From the human T2T-CHM13v2.0 reference genome, Homo sapiens: a stretch of 64,000 nt of DNA. Under the pieces are notes generated by a model that saw nothing but the letters and a program-made list of their open reading frames with translations, searched no databases and was not told the DNA's origin. The translations under genes and the position numbers were made by a program. Shown here one piece after another: positions 42,554-56,653 of this stretch; the stretch's first letter is position 1, and the number at the start of each line of letters is the position of its first letter. The stretch is taken from positions 29,920,001-29,984,000 of the forward strand of contig CP086569.2 of the NCBI GenBank assembly GCA_009914755.4, read 5' to 3'.

Positions 42554-45500
42554 GGCCTGGAATAAAGTGGAATGCTACGGTCTCGAATGGAATAAAAATG
42601 TATGGAATGGAATGCAATGAGACGGAATCGAATGTCATAGAATGTAATGGAATGCAAAAAAATGGACTCCAAAATCATTGACTAGAAAGGCTGGGTGTCG
42701 AAAGGAATTGACTCCAATGGAATGGAATCGAATGGAGTGGAAGTGAATAGAATCGAACTGAATCGAATGGAATGGAATTGATAGGAACGGAATGGAAAGG
42801 AATGCAATGATTTGGCATGGAATGGAATCGAATGGCATCGAAAGGAATGGAATGGAATGCAATGGAATGGAATGTATTAGAATGTAATGAACTTTAATGG
42901 AATGTACTCGAATGGATTCGACTGGAATGGAATGTTCTCGAAGTGAATGTACTCCAATGGAATGGATTCGAAAGGAATGGAATCTAATGGAATGGAATTA
43001 AATGGAAATGAATCAAATTGAATAGAACGGAATTGAATTGAATGGAATGGAATGCAATGGAATCTAATGAAACGGAAAGGAAAGGAATGGAATGGAATGG
43101 AATGGGCTGGAATGGAATGGAATCGAAACGAATGGAATGGAGTCGAACTGAAGAGACTGGAATGGAATGCACTGGAATGGAAGGGAGTGTAATGGAAGGT
43201 TCTCCAAAAAAATGGAATGGAAAGGAATGGAATTGAATGGAACGGAATAGATTCGAATGGAATTCAATGGAATGGAATGGACTAGAGTGAAATGGAATCG
43301 AACCACAAGGAATGGACAGGAACAGAATGTTCTCGAATTGAATGGAATCGTATGGAATGGCATCAAACGGAATGGAATGGACAGCCACGGAATGGAATGC
43401 ACTCGAATGCAATGGAGTCGAAACTAATGGACTGGAATAGAATGGACTCGACTGGTACGGACTCCAATGGAATGGAATCGAATGGAAGGGAATCGAACGG
43501 AATGGACTCAAAGGGAAAAGACTGCAATGGAAAGGTCTGGAATGGAATGGAAATTAATGGAATGGAATGAAATCGAATGAAATGGAGTCAAAAGGAATGG
43601 AATCGAATGGCAAGAAATCGAATGTAATGGAATCGCAAGGAATTGATGTGAACGGAAAGGAATGGAATGGAATCCAAAGGAATGGAATAGAATGGAATGG
43701 AATCGAATGGAAAGGACTCGAATGGAAATCACTCGAATAGAATGCAATTTAATAAAATAGGATCAAATGTAATGGAATGGAATGGAAAGGAATCGAAACG
43801 AAAGGAATGGAGACAGATGGAATGGAATGGAACAGAGAGCAATGGTATAGAATGGAATGGAATCATCTGGAATGGAATTGAATGGAATGGAATAATATGA
43901 AATGGAATGGAATGGAATGGAATGCCCTTGAATTAAATGGACTGGAATGGAATGGACTCGAACAGAGTGGAATGGAAAGTGTTGAAATAGAATGGAATGG
44001 ACTCGTTTGGAATGGTCTAGTATGCAATGCAATCGACTGGCAGGGAATCAAAAGGAATGTAATCGAATGGATTGGACTGGAATGCAATGGACGCGAATAG
44101 ATTGGAAACGGAAAGCAAAGGAATGGAATGGATAAGTATGGAACGGAATGGAAAGGAATGGAGTGGAATAGACTAGAGTGGAATGGAATGGACTGGAAAG
44201 CAATGGACTGGAATGGAACTTTCTTGAATGGACTGGAATCAAACGGAATGGAATGCAATGCAATCAAATGGCATGGAATAAAATAGAATGAAAGAGAATC
44301 AAATGGAATTGAATCGAATGGAATCGAATGGATTGGAAAGGAATAGAATGGAATGGAATGGAATTGACTCAAATGGAATGGACTAGAATGGAATGCATTC
44401 AAATGGAAGGCAAAGGAATGGAATCTATTGGAATGGACTGTAATGGAATGGAATGGAAGGGATTGGAATGGACTCGAATGGAATGGACTGCAATAGAAAG
44501 GATTCGAATGGAATGAAAAAGAATTGAATGGAATAGAACAGAATGGAATCAAATCGAATGAAATGGAATAGAATAGAAAGGAATGGAATGAAATGGAATG
44601 GAAAGGATTCGAATGGAATGCAATGGAATGGAATGGAATCGAACGGAATGGAATAAAATGGAAGAAAACTGGCAAGAAATGGAATCGAAATGAATGGAGT
44701 GTTATGGAACGGACTCAAAAGGAATTGAATGTAATAGAATGGAGTGGAGTGGACTCGAATATAATGGACTGGAATGGAATGAAATCACATGGAATGGGAA
44801 CGAATGGAATGGAATGGAAAGGAATGGAATCGAATGGAAAGGAATCGAATGGAAGGGAATGAAATTGAATCAACAGGACTGGAAGGGAGGAGAATAGACG
44901 GTAATGGAATGGACTCGAATAGAATGGACACGAATGCTCAAATTGAATGGACTCGAATGGAATGGAAACGAAAGGAATGTCATCGAATGGAATTGAATCG
45001 ATTGGATTGAAATCACATAGAATGGAGTGGAATCAAATGGAATTGAATCGAAAGGAAAGGAAGCGAATGGACTGAAATGAAATGGAATGGAATTGAATGG
45101 AAATTAATGCAATGGAATAGAATAGAACGAAATTTCACGGAATGGAATCAAACTGAATGGAATCAAATCAATGGAATATAATCAAATGGAATGGAAAGGA
45201 ATTGAATGGAGTAGATTGGATTGGATGGGATTGGAATGAAATGTACTGGAAAGGACTCGAATTTCATGAAACGGAATGGAAAGAATTAGAACGGAATGGA
45301 CTCGAATGGAATGGAATGTCATGGAATGGCATCAAATGGAATGGAATCGAATGCGATGGAATGCTATGGAATGGAATGGAATGCATTGGAATGGAATGCC
45401 CTCTAATGGAATGTATTCGAGTGGAATGGAATCGAATATAATGTAGTCTAATGAAATGGAATTGAAAGGAATGGGACCGAATACAATGGAATATACTGGA

Positions 45501-46063
45501 ATGTAATGTAATGAACTCGAATGTAATTGACTGGAATAGAAAGTACATGAATGGAATGTAATCGAATGGAAAGCAATCCAATGGAATAGAATCTAATGCA
45601 ATAAAATCGACTCAAATAGAGTAGAATGTAATGGAATGGAGTGCAGTGCAATGGAATGGAATGGAATGGAATGCAATGGAATGGAATGGAATGGAATGGG
45701 ATGGAATGGTATGGAATGGATAGTAATGGACTGGAGTGAAATGGACTGGAAAAGAATGGACTCAAATTGAAAGGGCTCGAAAGGAATGGAGTCAAATGGA
45801 ATGGTCTGGAATGGAATGAACACGAATGTAATACAATCCAATAGAATGGAATCGAATGGCATGATATATAAGGAAATGGAATCGAAGAGAATGGAAACAA
45901 ATGGAATGGAATTGAAGGGAATGGAATTGAATGGAATGGGAACGAATGGAGTGAAATTGTATGCAGTAGAAGAGAATAGAATGGAATGCAAGCGAAAGGA
46001 AAGGAATGGATTGGAATGGAATGGAATTCATTGGAATGGAAGGGAATGTAGTGTAATGGACAG
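42554..46063 (+). repeat. HOR unit U12, 3510 bp, I-type, and near-identical to U13.
   Basis: Landmark distance 42554→46064. ORFs 43863..44675, 44789..45010 and 45786..46190 have translations identical to 47377..48189, 48303..48524 and 49299..49703. Confidence 0.9.
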
Positions 46064-49000
46064 GCCTGGAATAAAGTGGAATGCTACGGTCTCGAATGGA
46101 ATAAAAATGTATGGAATGGAATGCAATGAAACGGAATCGAATGTCATAGAATGTAATGGAATGCAAAAAAATGGACTCCAAAATCATTGACTAGAAAGGC
46201 TGGGTGTCGAAAGGAATTGACTCCAATGGAATGGAATCGAATGGAATGGAAGTGAATAGAATCGAACTAAATCGAATGGAATGGAATTGATAGGAACGGA
46301 ATGGAAAGGAATGCAATGATTTGGCATGGAATGGAATCGAATGGCATCGAATGGAATGGAATAGAATGCAATGGAATGGAATGTATTAGAATGTAATGAA
46401 CTTTAATGGAATGTACTCGAATGGATTCGACTGGAATGGAATGTTCTTGAAGTGAATGGACTCCAATGGAATGGATTCGAAAGGAATGGAATCTAATGGA
46501 ATGGAATTAAATGGAAATGAATCAAATTGAATAGAACGGAATTGAATTGAATGGAATCGAATGCAATGGAATCTAATGAAACGGAAAGGAAAGGAATGGA
46601 ATGGATTGGAATGGAATGGGCTGGAATGGAATGGAATCGAAACGAATGGAATGGAATCGAACTGAAGAGACTGGAATGGAATGCACTGGAATGGAAGGGA
46701 ATGTAATGGAAGGTTCTCGAAAAAAATAGAATCGAATGGAATGGAATTGAATGGAACGGAATAGAGTCGAATGGAATTGAATGGAATGGAATGGACTAGA
46801 GTGAAATGGAATCGAACCACAAGGAATGGACAGGAATAGAATGGTCTCGAATTGAATGGAATCGTATGGAATGGCATCAAACGGAATGGAATGGACAGCC
46901 ACGGAATGGAATGCACTCGAATGCAATGGAGTCGAAACTAATGGACTGGAATAGAATGGACTCGACTGGTACGGACTCCAATGGAATGGAATCGAATGGA
47001 AGGGAATCGAACGGAATGGACTCAAAGGGAAAAGACTGCAATGGAAAGGTCTGGAATGGAATGGAAATTAATGGAATGGAATGAAATCGAATGAAATGGA
47101 GTCAAAAGGAATGGAATCGAATGGCAAGAAATCGAATGTAATGGAATCGCAAGGAATTGATGTGAACGGAAAGGAATGGAATGGAATCCAAAGGAATGGA
47201 ATAGAATGGAATGGAATCGAATGGAAAGGACTCGAATGGAAATCACTCGAATAGAATGCAATTTAATAAAATAGGATCAAATGTAATGGAATGGAATGGA
47301 AAGGAATCGAAACGAAAGGAATGGAGACAGATGGAATGGAATGGAACAGAGAGCAATGGTATAGAATGGAATGGAATCATCTGGAATGGAATTGAATGGA
47401 ATGGAATAATATGAAATGGAATGGAATGGAATGGAATGCCCTTGAATTAAATGGACTGGAATGGAATGGACTCGAACAGAGTGGAATGGAAAGTGTTGAA
47501 ATAGAATGGAATGGACTCGTTTGGAATGGTCTAGTATGCAATGCAATCGACTGGCAGGGAATCAAAAGGAATGTAATCGAATGGATTGGACTGGAATGCA
47601 ATGGACGCGAATAGATTGGAAACGGAAAGCAAAGGAATGGAATGGATAAGTATGGAACGGAATGGAAAGGAATGGAGTGGAATAGACTAGAGTGGAATGG
47701 AATGGACTCGAAAGCAATGGACTGGAATGGAACTTTCTTGAATGGACTGGAATCAAACGGAATGGAATGCAATGCAATCAAATGGCATGGAATAAAATAG
47801 AATGAAAGAGAATCAAATGGAATTGAATCGAATGGAATCGAATGGATTGGAAAGGAATAGAATGGAATGGAATGGAATTGACTCAAATGGAATGGACTAG
47901 AATGGAATGCATTCAAATGGAAGGCAAAGGAATGGAATCTATTGGAATGGACTGTAATGGAATGGAATGGAAGGGATTGGAATGGACTCGAATGGAATGG
48001 ACTGCAATAGAAAGGATTCGAATGGAATGAAAAAGAATTGAATGGAATAGAACAGAATGGAATCAAATCGAATGAAATGGAATAGAATAGAAAGGAATGG
48101 AATGAAATGGAATGGAAAGGATTCGAATGGAATGCAATCGAATGGAATGGAATCGAACGGAATGGAATAAAATGGAAGAAAACTGGCAAGAAATGGAATC
48201 GAAATGAATGGAGTGTTATGGAACGGACTCAAAAGGAATTGAATGTAATAGAATGGAGTGGAGTGGACTCGAATATAATGGACTGGAATGGAATGAAATC
48301 ACATGGAATGGGAACGAATGGAATGGAATGGAAAGGAATGGAATCGAATGGAAAGGAATCGAATGGAAGGGAATGAAATTGAATCAACAGGACTGGAAGG
48401 GAGGAGAATAGACGGTAATGGAATGGACTCGAATAGAATGGACACGAATGCTCAAATTGAATGGACTCGAATGGAATGGAAACGAAAGGAATGTCATCGA
48501 ATGGAATTGAATCGATTGGATTGAAATCACATAGAATGGAGTGGAATCAAATGGAATTGAATCGAAAGGAAAGGAAGCGAATGGACTGAAATGAAATGGA
48601 ATGGAATTGAATGGAAATTAATGCAATGGAATAGAATAGAACGAAATTTCACGGAATGGAATCAAACTGAATGGAATCAAATCAATGGAATATAATCAAA
48701 TGGAATGGAAAGGAATTGAATGGAGTAGATTGGATTGGATGGGATTGGAATGAAATGTACTGGAAAGGACTCGAATTTCATGAAACGGAATGGAAAGAAT
48801 TAGAACGGAATGGACTCGAATGGAATGGAATGTCATGGAATGGCATCAAATGGAATGGAATCGAATGCGATGGAATGCTATGGAATGGAATGGAATGCAT
48901 TGGAATGGAATGCCCTCTAATGGAATGTATTCGAGTGGAATGGAATCGAATACAATGTAGTCTAATGAAATGGAATTGAAAGGAATGGGACCGAATACAA

Positions 49001-49576
49001 TGGAATATACTGGAATGTAATGTAATGAACTCGAATGTAATTGACTGGAATAGAAAGTACATGAATGGAATGTAATCGAATGGAAAGCAATCCAATGGAA
49101 TAGAATCTAATGCAATAAAATCGACTCAAATAGAGTAGAATGTAAGGAATGGAGTGCAGTGCAATGGAATGGAATGGAATGGAATGCAATGGAATGGAAT
49201 GGAATGGAATGGGATGGAATGGTATGGAATGGATAGTAATGGACTGGAGTGAAATGGACTGGAAAAGAATGGACTCAAATTGAAAGGGCTCGAAAGGAAT
49301 GGAGTCAAATGGAATGGTCTGGAATGGAATGAACACGAATGTAATACAATCCAATAGAATGGAATCGAATGGCATGATATATAAGGAAATGGAATCGAAG
49401 AGAATGGAAACAAATGGAATGGAATTGAAGGGAATGGAATTGAATGGAATGGGAACGAATGGAGTGAAATTGTATGCAGTAGAAGAGAATAGAATGGAAT
49501 GCAAGCGAAAGGAAAGGAATGGATTGGAATGGAATGGAATTCATTGGAATGGAAGGGAATGTAGTGTAATGGACAG
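46064..49576 (+). repeat. HOR unit U13, 3513 bp, I-type, and near-identical to U12.
   Basis: Landmark distance 46064→49577. It shares private variants with U12, including atgatatataaggaaatgg, ...ggactggaagggaggagaatagacgg and the ORF peptide MDCFPFDYIPFMYFLFQ.... Confidence 0.9.
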
Positions 49577-52500
49577 GCCTGGAATAAAGTGGAATGCTAC
49601 GGTCTCGAATGGAATAAAAATGTATGGAATGGAATGCAATGAAACGGAATCGAATGTCATAGAATGTAATGGAATGCAAAAAAATGGACTCCAAAATCAT
49701 TGACTGGAAAGGCTGGGTGTCGAAAGGAATTGACTCCAATGGAATGGAATCGAATGGAATGGAAGTGAATAGAATCGAACTAAATCGAATGGAATGGAAT
49801 TGATAGGAACGGAATGGAAAGGAATGCAATGATTTGGCATGGAATGCAATCGAATGGCATCGAATGGAATGGAATGGAATGCAATGGAATGGAATGTATT
49901 AGAATGTAATGAACTTTAATGGAATGTACTCGAATGGATTCGACTGGAATGGAATGTTCTTGAAGTGAATGGACTCCAATGGAATGGATTCGAAAGGAAT
50001 GGAATCTAATGGAATGGAATTAAATGGAAATGAATCAAATTGAATAGAACGGAATTGAATTGAATGGAATCGAATGCAATGGAATCTAATGAAACGGAAA
50101 AGAAAGGAATGGAATGGATTGGAATGGAATGGGCTGGAATGGAATGGAATCGAAACGAATGGAATGGAATCGAACTGAAGAGACTGGAATGGAATGCACT
50201 GGAATGGAAGGGAATGTAATGGAAGGTTCTCGAAAAAAATAGAATCGAAAGGAATGGAATTGAATGGAACGGAATAGAGTCGAATGGAATTGAATGGAAT
50301 GGAATGGACTAGAGTGAAATGGAATCGAACCACAAGGAATGGACAGGAATAGAATGGTCTCGAATTGAATGGAATCGTATGGAATGGCATCAAACGGAAT
50401 GGAATGGACAGCCACGGAATGGAATGCACTCGAATGCAATGGAGTCGAAACTAATGGACTGGAATAGAATGGACTCGACTGGTACGGACTCCAATGGAAT
50501 GGAATCGAATGGAAGGGAATCGAACGGAATGGACTCAAAGGGAAAAGACTGCAATGGAAAGGTCTGGAATGGAATGGAAATTAATGGAATGGAATGAAAT
50601 CGAATGAAATGGAGTCAAAAGGAATGGAATCGAATGGCAAGAAATCGAATGTAATGGAATCGCAAGGAATTGATGTGAACGGAAAGGAATGGAATGGAAT
50701 CCAAAGGAATGGAATAGAATGGAATCGAATCGAATGGAAAGGACTCGAATGGAAATCACTCGAATAGAATGCAATTTAATAAAATAGGATCAAATGTAAT
50801 GGAATGGAATGGAAAGGAATCGAAACGAAAGGAATGGAGACAGATGGAATGGAATGGAACAGAGAGCAATGGTATAGAATGGCATGGAATCATCTGGAAT
50901 GGAATTGAATGTAATAGAATAATATGAAATGGAATGGAATGGAATGGAATGCCCTTGAATTAAATGGACTGGAATGGAATGGACTCGAACAGAGTGGAAT
51001 GGAAAGTGTTGAAATAGAATGGAATGGACTCGTTTGGAATGGTCTAGTATGCAATGCAATCGACTGGCAGGGAATCAAAAGGAATGTAATCGAATGGATT
51101 GGACTGGAATGCAATGGACTCGAATAGATTGGAAACGGAAAGCAAAGGAATGGAATGGAATAGTATGGAATGGAATGCAAAGGAATGGAGTGGAATAGAC
51201 TAGAGTGGAATGGAATGGACTCGAAAGCAATGGACTGGAATGGAACTTTCTTGAATGGACTGGAATCAAACGGAATGGAATGCAATGCAATCAAATGGCA
51301 TGGAATAAAATAGAATGAAAGAGAATCAAATGGAATTGAATCGAATGGAATCGAATGGATTGGAAAGGAATAGAATGGAATGGAATGGAATTGACTCAAA
51401 TGGAATGGACTAGAATGGAATGGATTCGAATGGAAGGCAAAGGAATGGAATCTATTGGAATGGACTGTAATGGAATGGAATGGAAGGGATTGGAATGGAC
51501 TCGAATGGAATGGACTGCAATAGAAAGGATTCGAATTGAATGAAAAAGAATTGAATGGAATAGAACAGAATGGAATCAAATCGAATGAAATGGAATGGAA
51601 TAGAAAGGAATGGAATGAAATGGAATGGAAAGGATTCGAATGGAATGCAATCGAATGGAATGGAATCGAACGGAATGGAATAAAATGGAAGAAAACTGGC
51701 AAGAAATGGAATCGAAATGAATGGAGTGTTATGGAACGGACTCAAAAGGAATTGAATGTAATAGAATGGAGTGGAGTGGACTCGAATATAATGGACTGGA
51801 ATGGAATGAAATCACATGGAATGGGAACGAATGGAATGGAATGGAAAGGAATGGAATCGAATGGAAAGGAATCGAATGGAAGGGAATGCAATTGAATCAA
51901 CAGGAATGGAAGGGAATAGAATAGACGGTAATGGAATGGACTCGAATAGAATGGACACGAATGCTCAAATTGAATGGACTCGAATGGAATGGAAACGAAA
52001 GGAATGTCATCGAATGGAATTGAATCGATTGGAATGAAATCGCATAGAATGGAGTGGAATCAAATGGAATTGAATCGAAAGGAAAGGAAGCGAATGGACT
52101 GAAATGGAATGGAATGGAATTGAATGGAAAGTAATGCAATGGAATAGAATGGAACGAAATTTCACGGAATGGAATGAAACTGAATGGAATCAAATCAATG
52201 GAATCTAATCAAGTGGAATGGAAAGGAATTGAATGGAGTAGATTGGATTGGATGGGATTGGAATGAAATGTACTGGAAAGGACTCGAATTTCATGAAACG
52301 GAATGGAATGAATTGGAACGGAATGGACTCGAATGGAATGGAATGTCATGGAATGGCATCAAATGGAATGGCATCAAATGGAATGGAATCGAATGCAATG
52401 GAATGCTATGGAATGGAATGGAATGCATTGGAATGGAATGTCCTCTAATGGAATGGATTCGAGTGGAATGGAATCGAATATAATGGAGTCGAATGAAATG

Positions 52501-53109
52501 GAATTGAAAGGAATGGGATCGAATACAATGGAATATACTGGAATGTAACGTAATGAACTCGAATGTAATTGACTGGAATGGAATGTACATGAATGGAATG
52601 TAATAGAATGGAAAGTAATCCAATGGAATAGAATCTAATGCAATAAAATCGACTCAGATAGAGTAGAATGTAATGGAATGGAGTGCAGTGCAATGGAATG
52701 GAATGCAATGGAATGGAATGGAATGGAGTGGAATGGAATGGAATGGGATGGAATGGTGTGGAATGGATAGCAATGGACTGGAGTGAAATGGACTGGAAAG
52801 GAATGGACTCAAATTGAAAGGGCTCGAAAGGAATGGAGTCAAATGGAATGGTCTGGAATGGAATGAACACGAATGTAATGCAATCCAATAGAATGGAATC
52901 GAATGGCATGGAATATAAAGAAATGGAATCGAAGAGAATGGAAACAAATGGAATGGAATTGAATGGAATGGAATTGAATGGAATGGGAAGGAATGGAGTG
53001 AAATTGTATGCAGTAGAAGAGAATAGAATGGAATGCAAGCGAAAGGAAAGGAATGGATTGGAATGGAATGGAATTCATTGGAATGGAAGGGAATGTAGTG
53101 TAATGGACA
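49577..53109 (+). repeat. HOR unit U14, 3533 bp, L-type (aatctaatcaagtgg at ~52200). Its 5' part still resembles U12 and U13.
   Basis: Landmark distance 49577→53110. ORF 50319..50597 is identical to 46806..47084. ORF 52184.. begins MESNQWNLIKWNG. Confidence 0.9.
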
Positions 53110-56100
53110 GGCCTGGAATAAAGTGGAATGCTACGGTCTCGAATGGAATAAAAGTATATGGAATGCAATGCAATGAAACGGAATCGAATGTCATAGAATG
53201 TAATGGAATGCAAAAAAATGGAATCCAAAATCATTGACTGGAAAGGCTGGGTGTCGAAAGGAATTGACTCCAATGGAATGGAATCGAATGGAATGGAAGT
53301 GAATAGAATCGAACTAAATCGAATGGAATGGAATTGATAGGAACGGAATGGAAAGGAATGCAATGATTTGGCATGGAATGGAATCGAATGGCATCGAATG
53401 GAATGGAATAGAATGCAATGGAATGGAATGTATTAGAATGTAATGAACTTTAATGGAATGTACTCGAATGGATTCGACTGGAATGGAATGTTCTGGAAGT
53501 GAATGGACTCCAATGGAATGGATTCAAAAGGAATGGAATCGTACGGAATGGAATCTAATGGAATGGAATTAAATGGAAATGAATCAAAGTGAATAGAACG
53601 GAATTGAATTGAATGGAATCGAATGCAATGGAATCTAATGAAACGGAAAGGAAAGGAATGGAATGGAATGGAATGGGCTGGAATGGAAAGGAATCGAAAC
53701 GAATGGAATGGAACCGAACTGAAGAGACTGGAATGGAATGCACTGGAATGGAAGGGAGTGTAATGGAAGGTTCTCGAAAAAAATGGAATCGAATGGAATG
53801 GAATTGAATGGAACGGAATAGAGTCGAATGGATTTGAATGGAATGGAATGGACTAGAGTGAAATGGAATCGAATCACAAGGAATGGACAGGAATAGAATG
53901 GTCTCGAATTGAATGGAATCGTATGGAATGGCATCAAACGGAATGGAATGGACAGCCACGGAATGGAATGCACTCGAATGCAATGGAGTCAAAACTAATG
54001 GACTAGAATAAAATGGACTCGACTGGTACGGACTCCAATGGAATGGAATCGAATGGAAGGGAATCGAACGGAATGGACTCGAAGGGAAAAGACTGCAATG
54101 GAAAGGTCTCGAATGGAATGGAAATTAATGGAATGGAATGGAATCGAATGAAATGGAGTCAAAAGGAATGGAATCGAATGGCAAGAAATCGAATGTAATG
54201 GAATCGCAAGGAATTGATGTGAACGGAACGGAATGGAATGGAATCCAAAGGAATGGAATAGAATGGAATGGAATCGAATGGAAAGGACTCAAATGGAAAT
54301 CACTCGAATAGAATGCAATTTAATAAAATAGGATCAAATGTAATGGAATGGAATGGAAAGGAATCGAAACGAAAGGAATGGAGACAGATGGAATGGAATG
54401 GAACAGAGAGCAATGGTATAGAATGGAATGGAATCATCTAGAATGGAATTGAATGGAATGGAATAATATGAAATGGAATGGAATGGAATGGAATGCCCTT
54501 GAATTAAATGGACTGGAATGGAATGGACTCGAAGAGAGTGGAATGGAAAGTGTTGAGATAGAATGGAATGGACTCCTTTGGAATGGTGTAGTATGCAATG
54601 CAATCGACTGGCAGGGAATCAAAAGGAATGTAATCGAATGGATTGGACTGGAATGCGATGGACTCGAATAGTTTGGAAACGGAATGCAAAGGAATGGAAT
54701 GGAATAGTATGGAATGGAATGGAAAGGAATGGAGTGGAATAGACTAGAGTGGAATGGAATGGACTGGAAAGCAATGGACTGGAATGGAACTTTCTTGAAT
54801 GGACTGGAATCAAACGGAATGGAATGCAATGCAATCAAATGGCATGGAATAAAATAGAATGAAAGAGAATCAAATGGAATTGAATCGAATGGAATCGAAT
54901 GGATTGGAAAGGAATAGAATGGAATGGAATGGAATTGACTCAAATGGAATGGACTAGAATGGAATGGATTCGAATGGAAGGCAAAGGAATGGAATCTATT
55001 GGAATGGACTGTAATGGAATGGAATGGAAGGGATTGGAATGGACTCGAATGGAATGGACTGCAATAGAAAGGATTCGAATGGAATGAAAAAGAATTGAAT
55101 GGAATAGAACAGAATGGAATCAAATCGAATGAAATGGAATGGAATAGAAAGGAATGGAATGAAATGGAATGGAAAGGATTCGAATGGAATGCAATCGAAT
55201 GGAATGGAATCGAACGGAATGGAATAAAATGGAAGCAAACTGGCAAGAAATGGAATCGAAATGAATGGAGTGTTATGGAACGGACTCAAAAGGAATTGAA
55301 TGTAATAGAATGGAGTGGAGTGGACTCGAATATAATGGACTGGAATGGAATGAAATCACATGGAATGGGAACGAATGGAATGGAATGGAAAGGAATGGAA
55401 TCGAATGGAAAGGAATCGAATGGAAGGGAATGCAATTGAATCAACAGGAATGGAAGGGAATAGAATAGACGGTAATGGAATGGACTCGAATAGAATGGAC
55501 ACGAATGCTCAAATTGAATGGACTCGAATGGAATGGAAACGAAAGGAATGTCATCGAATGGAATTGAATCGATTGGAATGAAATCGCATAGAATGGAGTG
55601 GAATCAAATGGAATTGAATCGAAAGGAAAGGAAGCCAATGGACTGAAATGAAATGGAATGGAATTGAATGGAAAGTAATGCAATGGAATAGAATGGAACG
55701 AAATTTCACGGAATGGAATGAAACGGAATGGAATCAAATCAATGGAATCTAATCAAGTGGAATGGAAAGGAATTGAATGGATTAGATTGGATTGGATGGG
55801 ATTGGAATGAAATGTACTGGAAAGGACTCGAATTTCATGAAACGGAATGGAATGAATTGGAACGGATTGGACTCGAATGGAATGGAATGTCATGGAATGG
55901 CATCAAATGGAATGGCATCAAATGGAATGGAATCGAATGCAATGGAATGCTATGGAATGGAATGGAATGCATTGGAATGGAATGTCCTCTAATGGAATGG
56001 ATTCGAGTGGAACGGAATCGAATATAATGGAGTCGAATGACATGGAATTGAAAGGAATGGGATCGAATACAATGGAATATACTGGAATGTAATGTAATGA

Positions 56101-56653
56101 ACTCGAATGTAATTGACTGGAATGGAATGTACATGAATGGAATGTAATCGAATGGAAAGTAATCCAATGGAATAGAATCTAATGCAATAAAATCGACTCA
56201 GATAGAGTAGAATGTAATGGAATTGAGTGCAGTGCAATGGAATGGAATGGAATGGAATGCAATGGAATGGAATGGAATGGAATGGAATGGGATGGAATGG
56301 TATGGAATGGATAGTAATGGACTGGAGTGAAATGGACTGGAAAGGAATGGACTCAAATTGAAAGGGCTCGAAAGGAATGTAGTCAAATGGAATGGTCTGG
56401 AATGGAATGAACACGAATGTAATGCAATCCAATAGAATGGAATCGAATGGCATGGAATATAAAGAAATGGAATCGAAGAGAATGGAAACAAATGGAATGG
56501 AATTGAATGGAATGGAATTGAATGGAATGGGAACGAATGGAGTGAAATTGTATGCAGTAGAAGAGAATAGAATGGAATGCAAGCGAAAGGAAAGGAATGG
56601 ATTGGAATGGAATGGAATTCATTGGAATGGAAGGGAATGTAGTGTAATGGACA
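53110..56653 (+). repeat. HOR unit U15, 3544 bp, L-type.
   Basis: Landmark distance 53110→56654. Confidence 0.9.
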
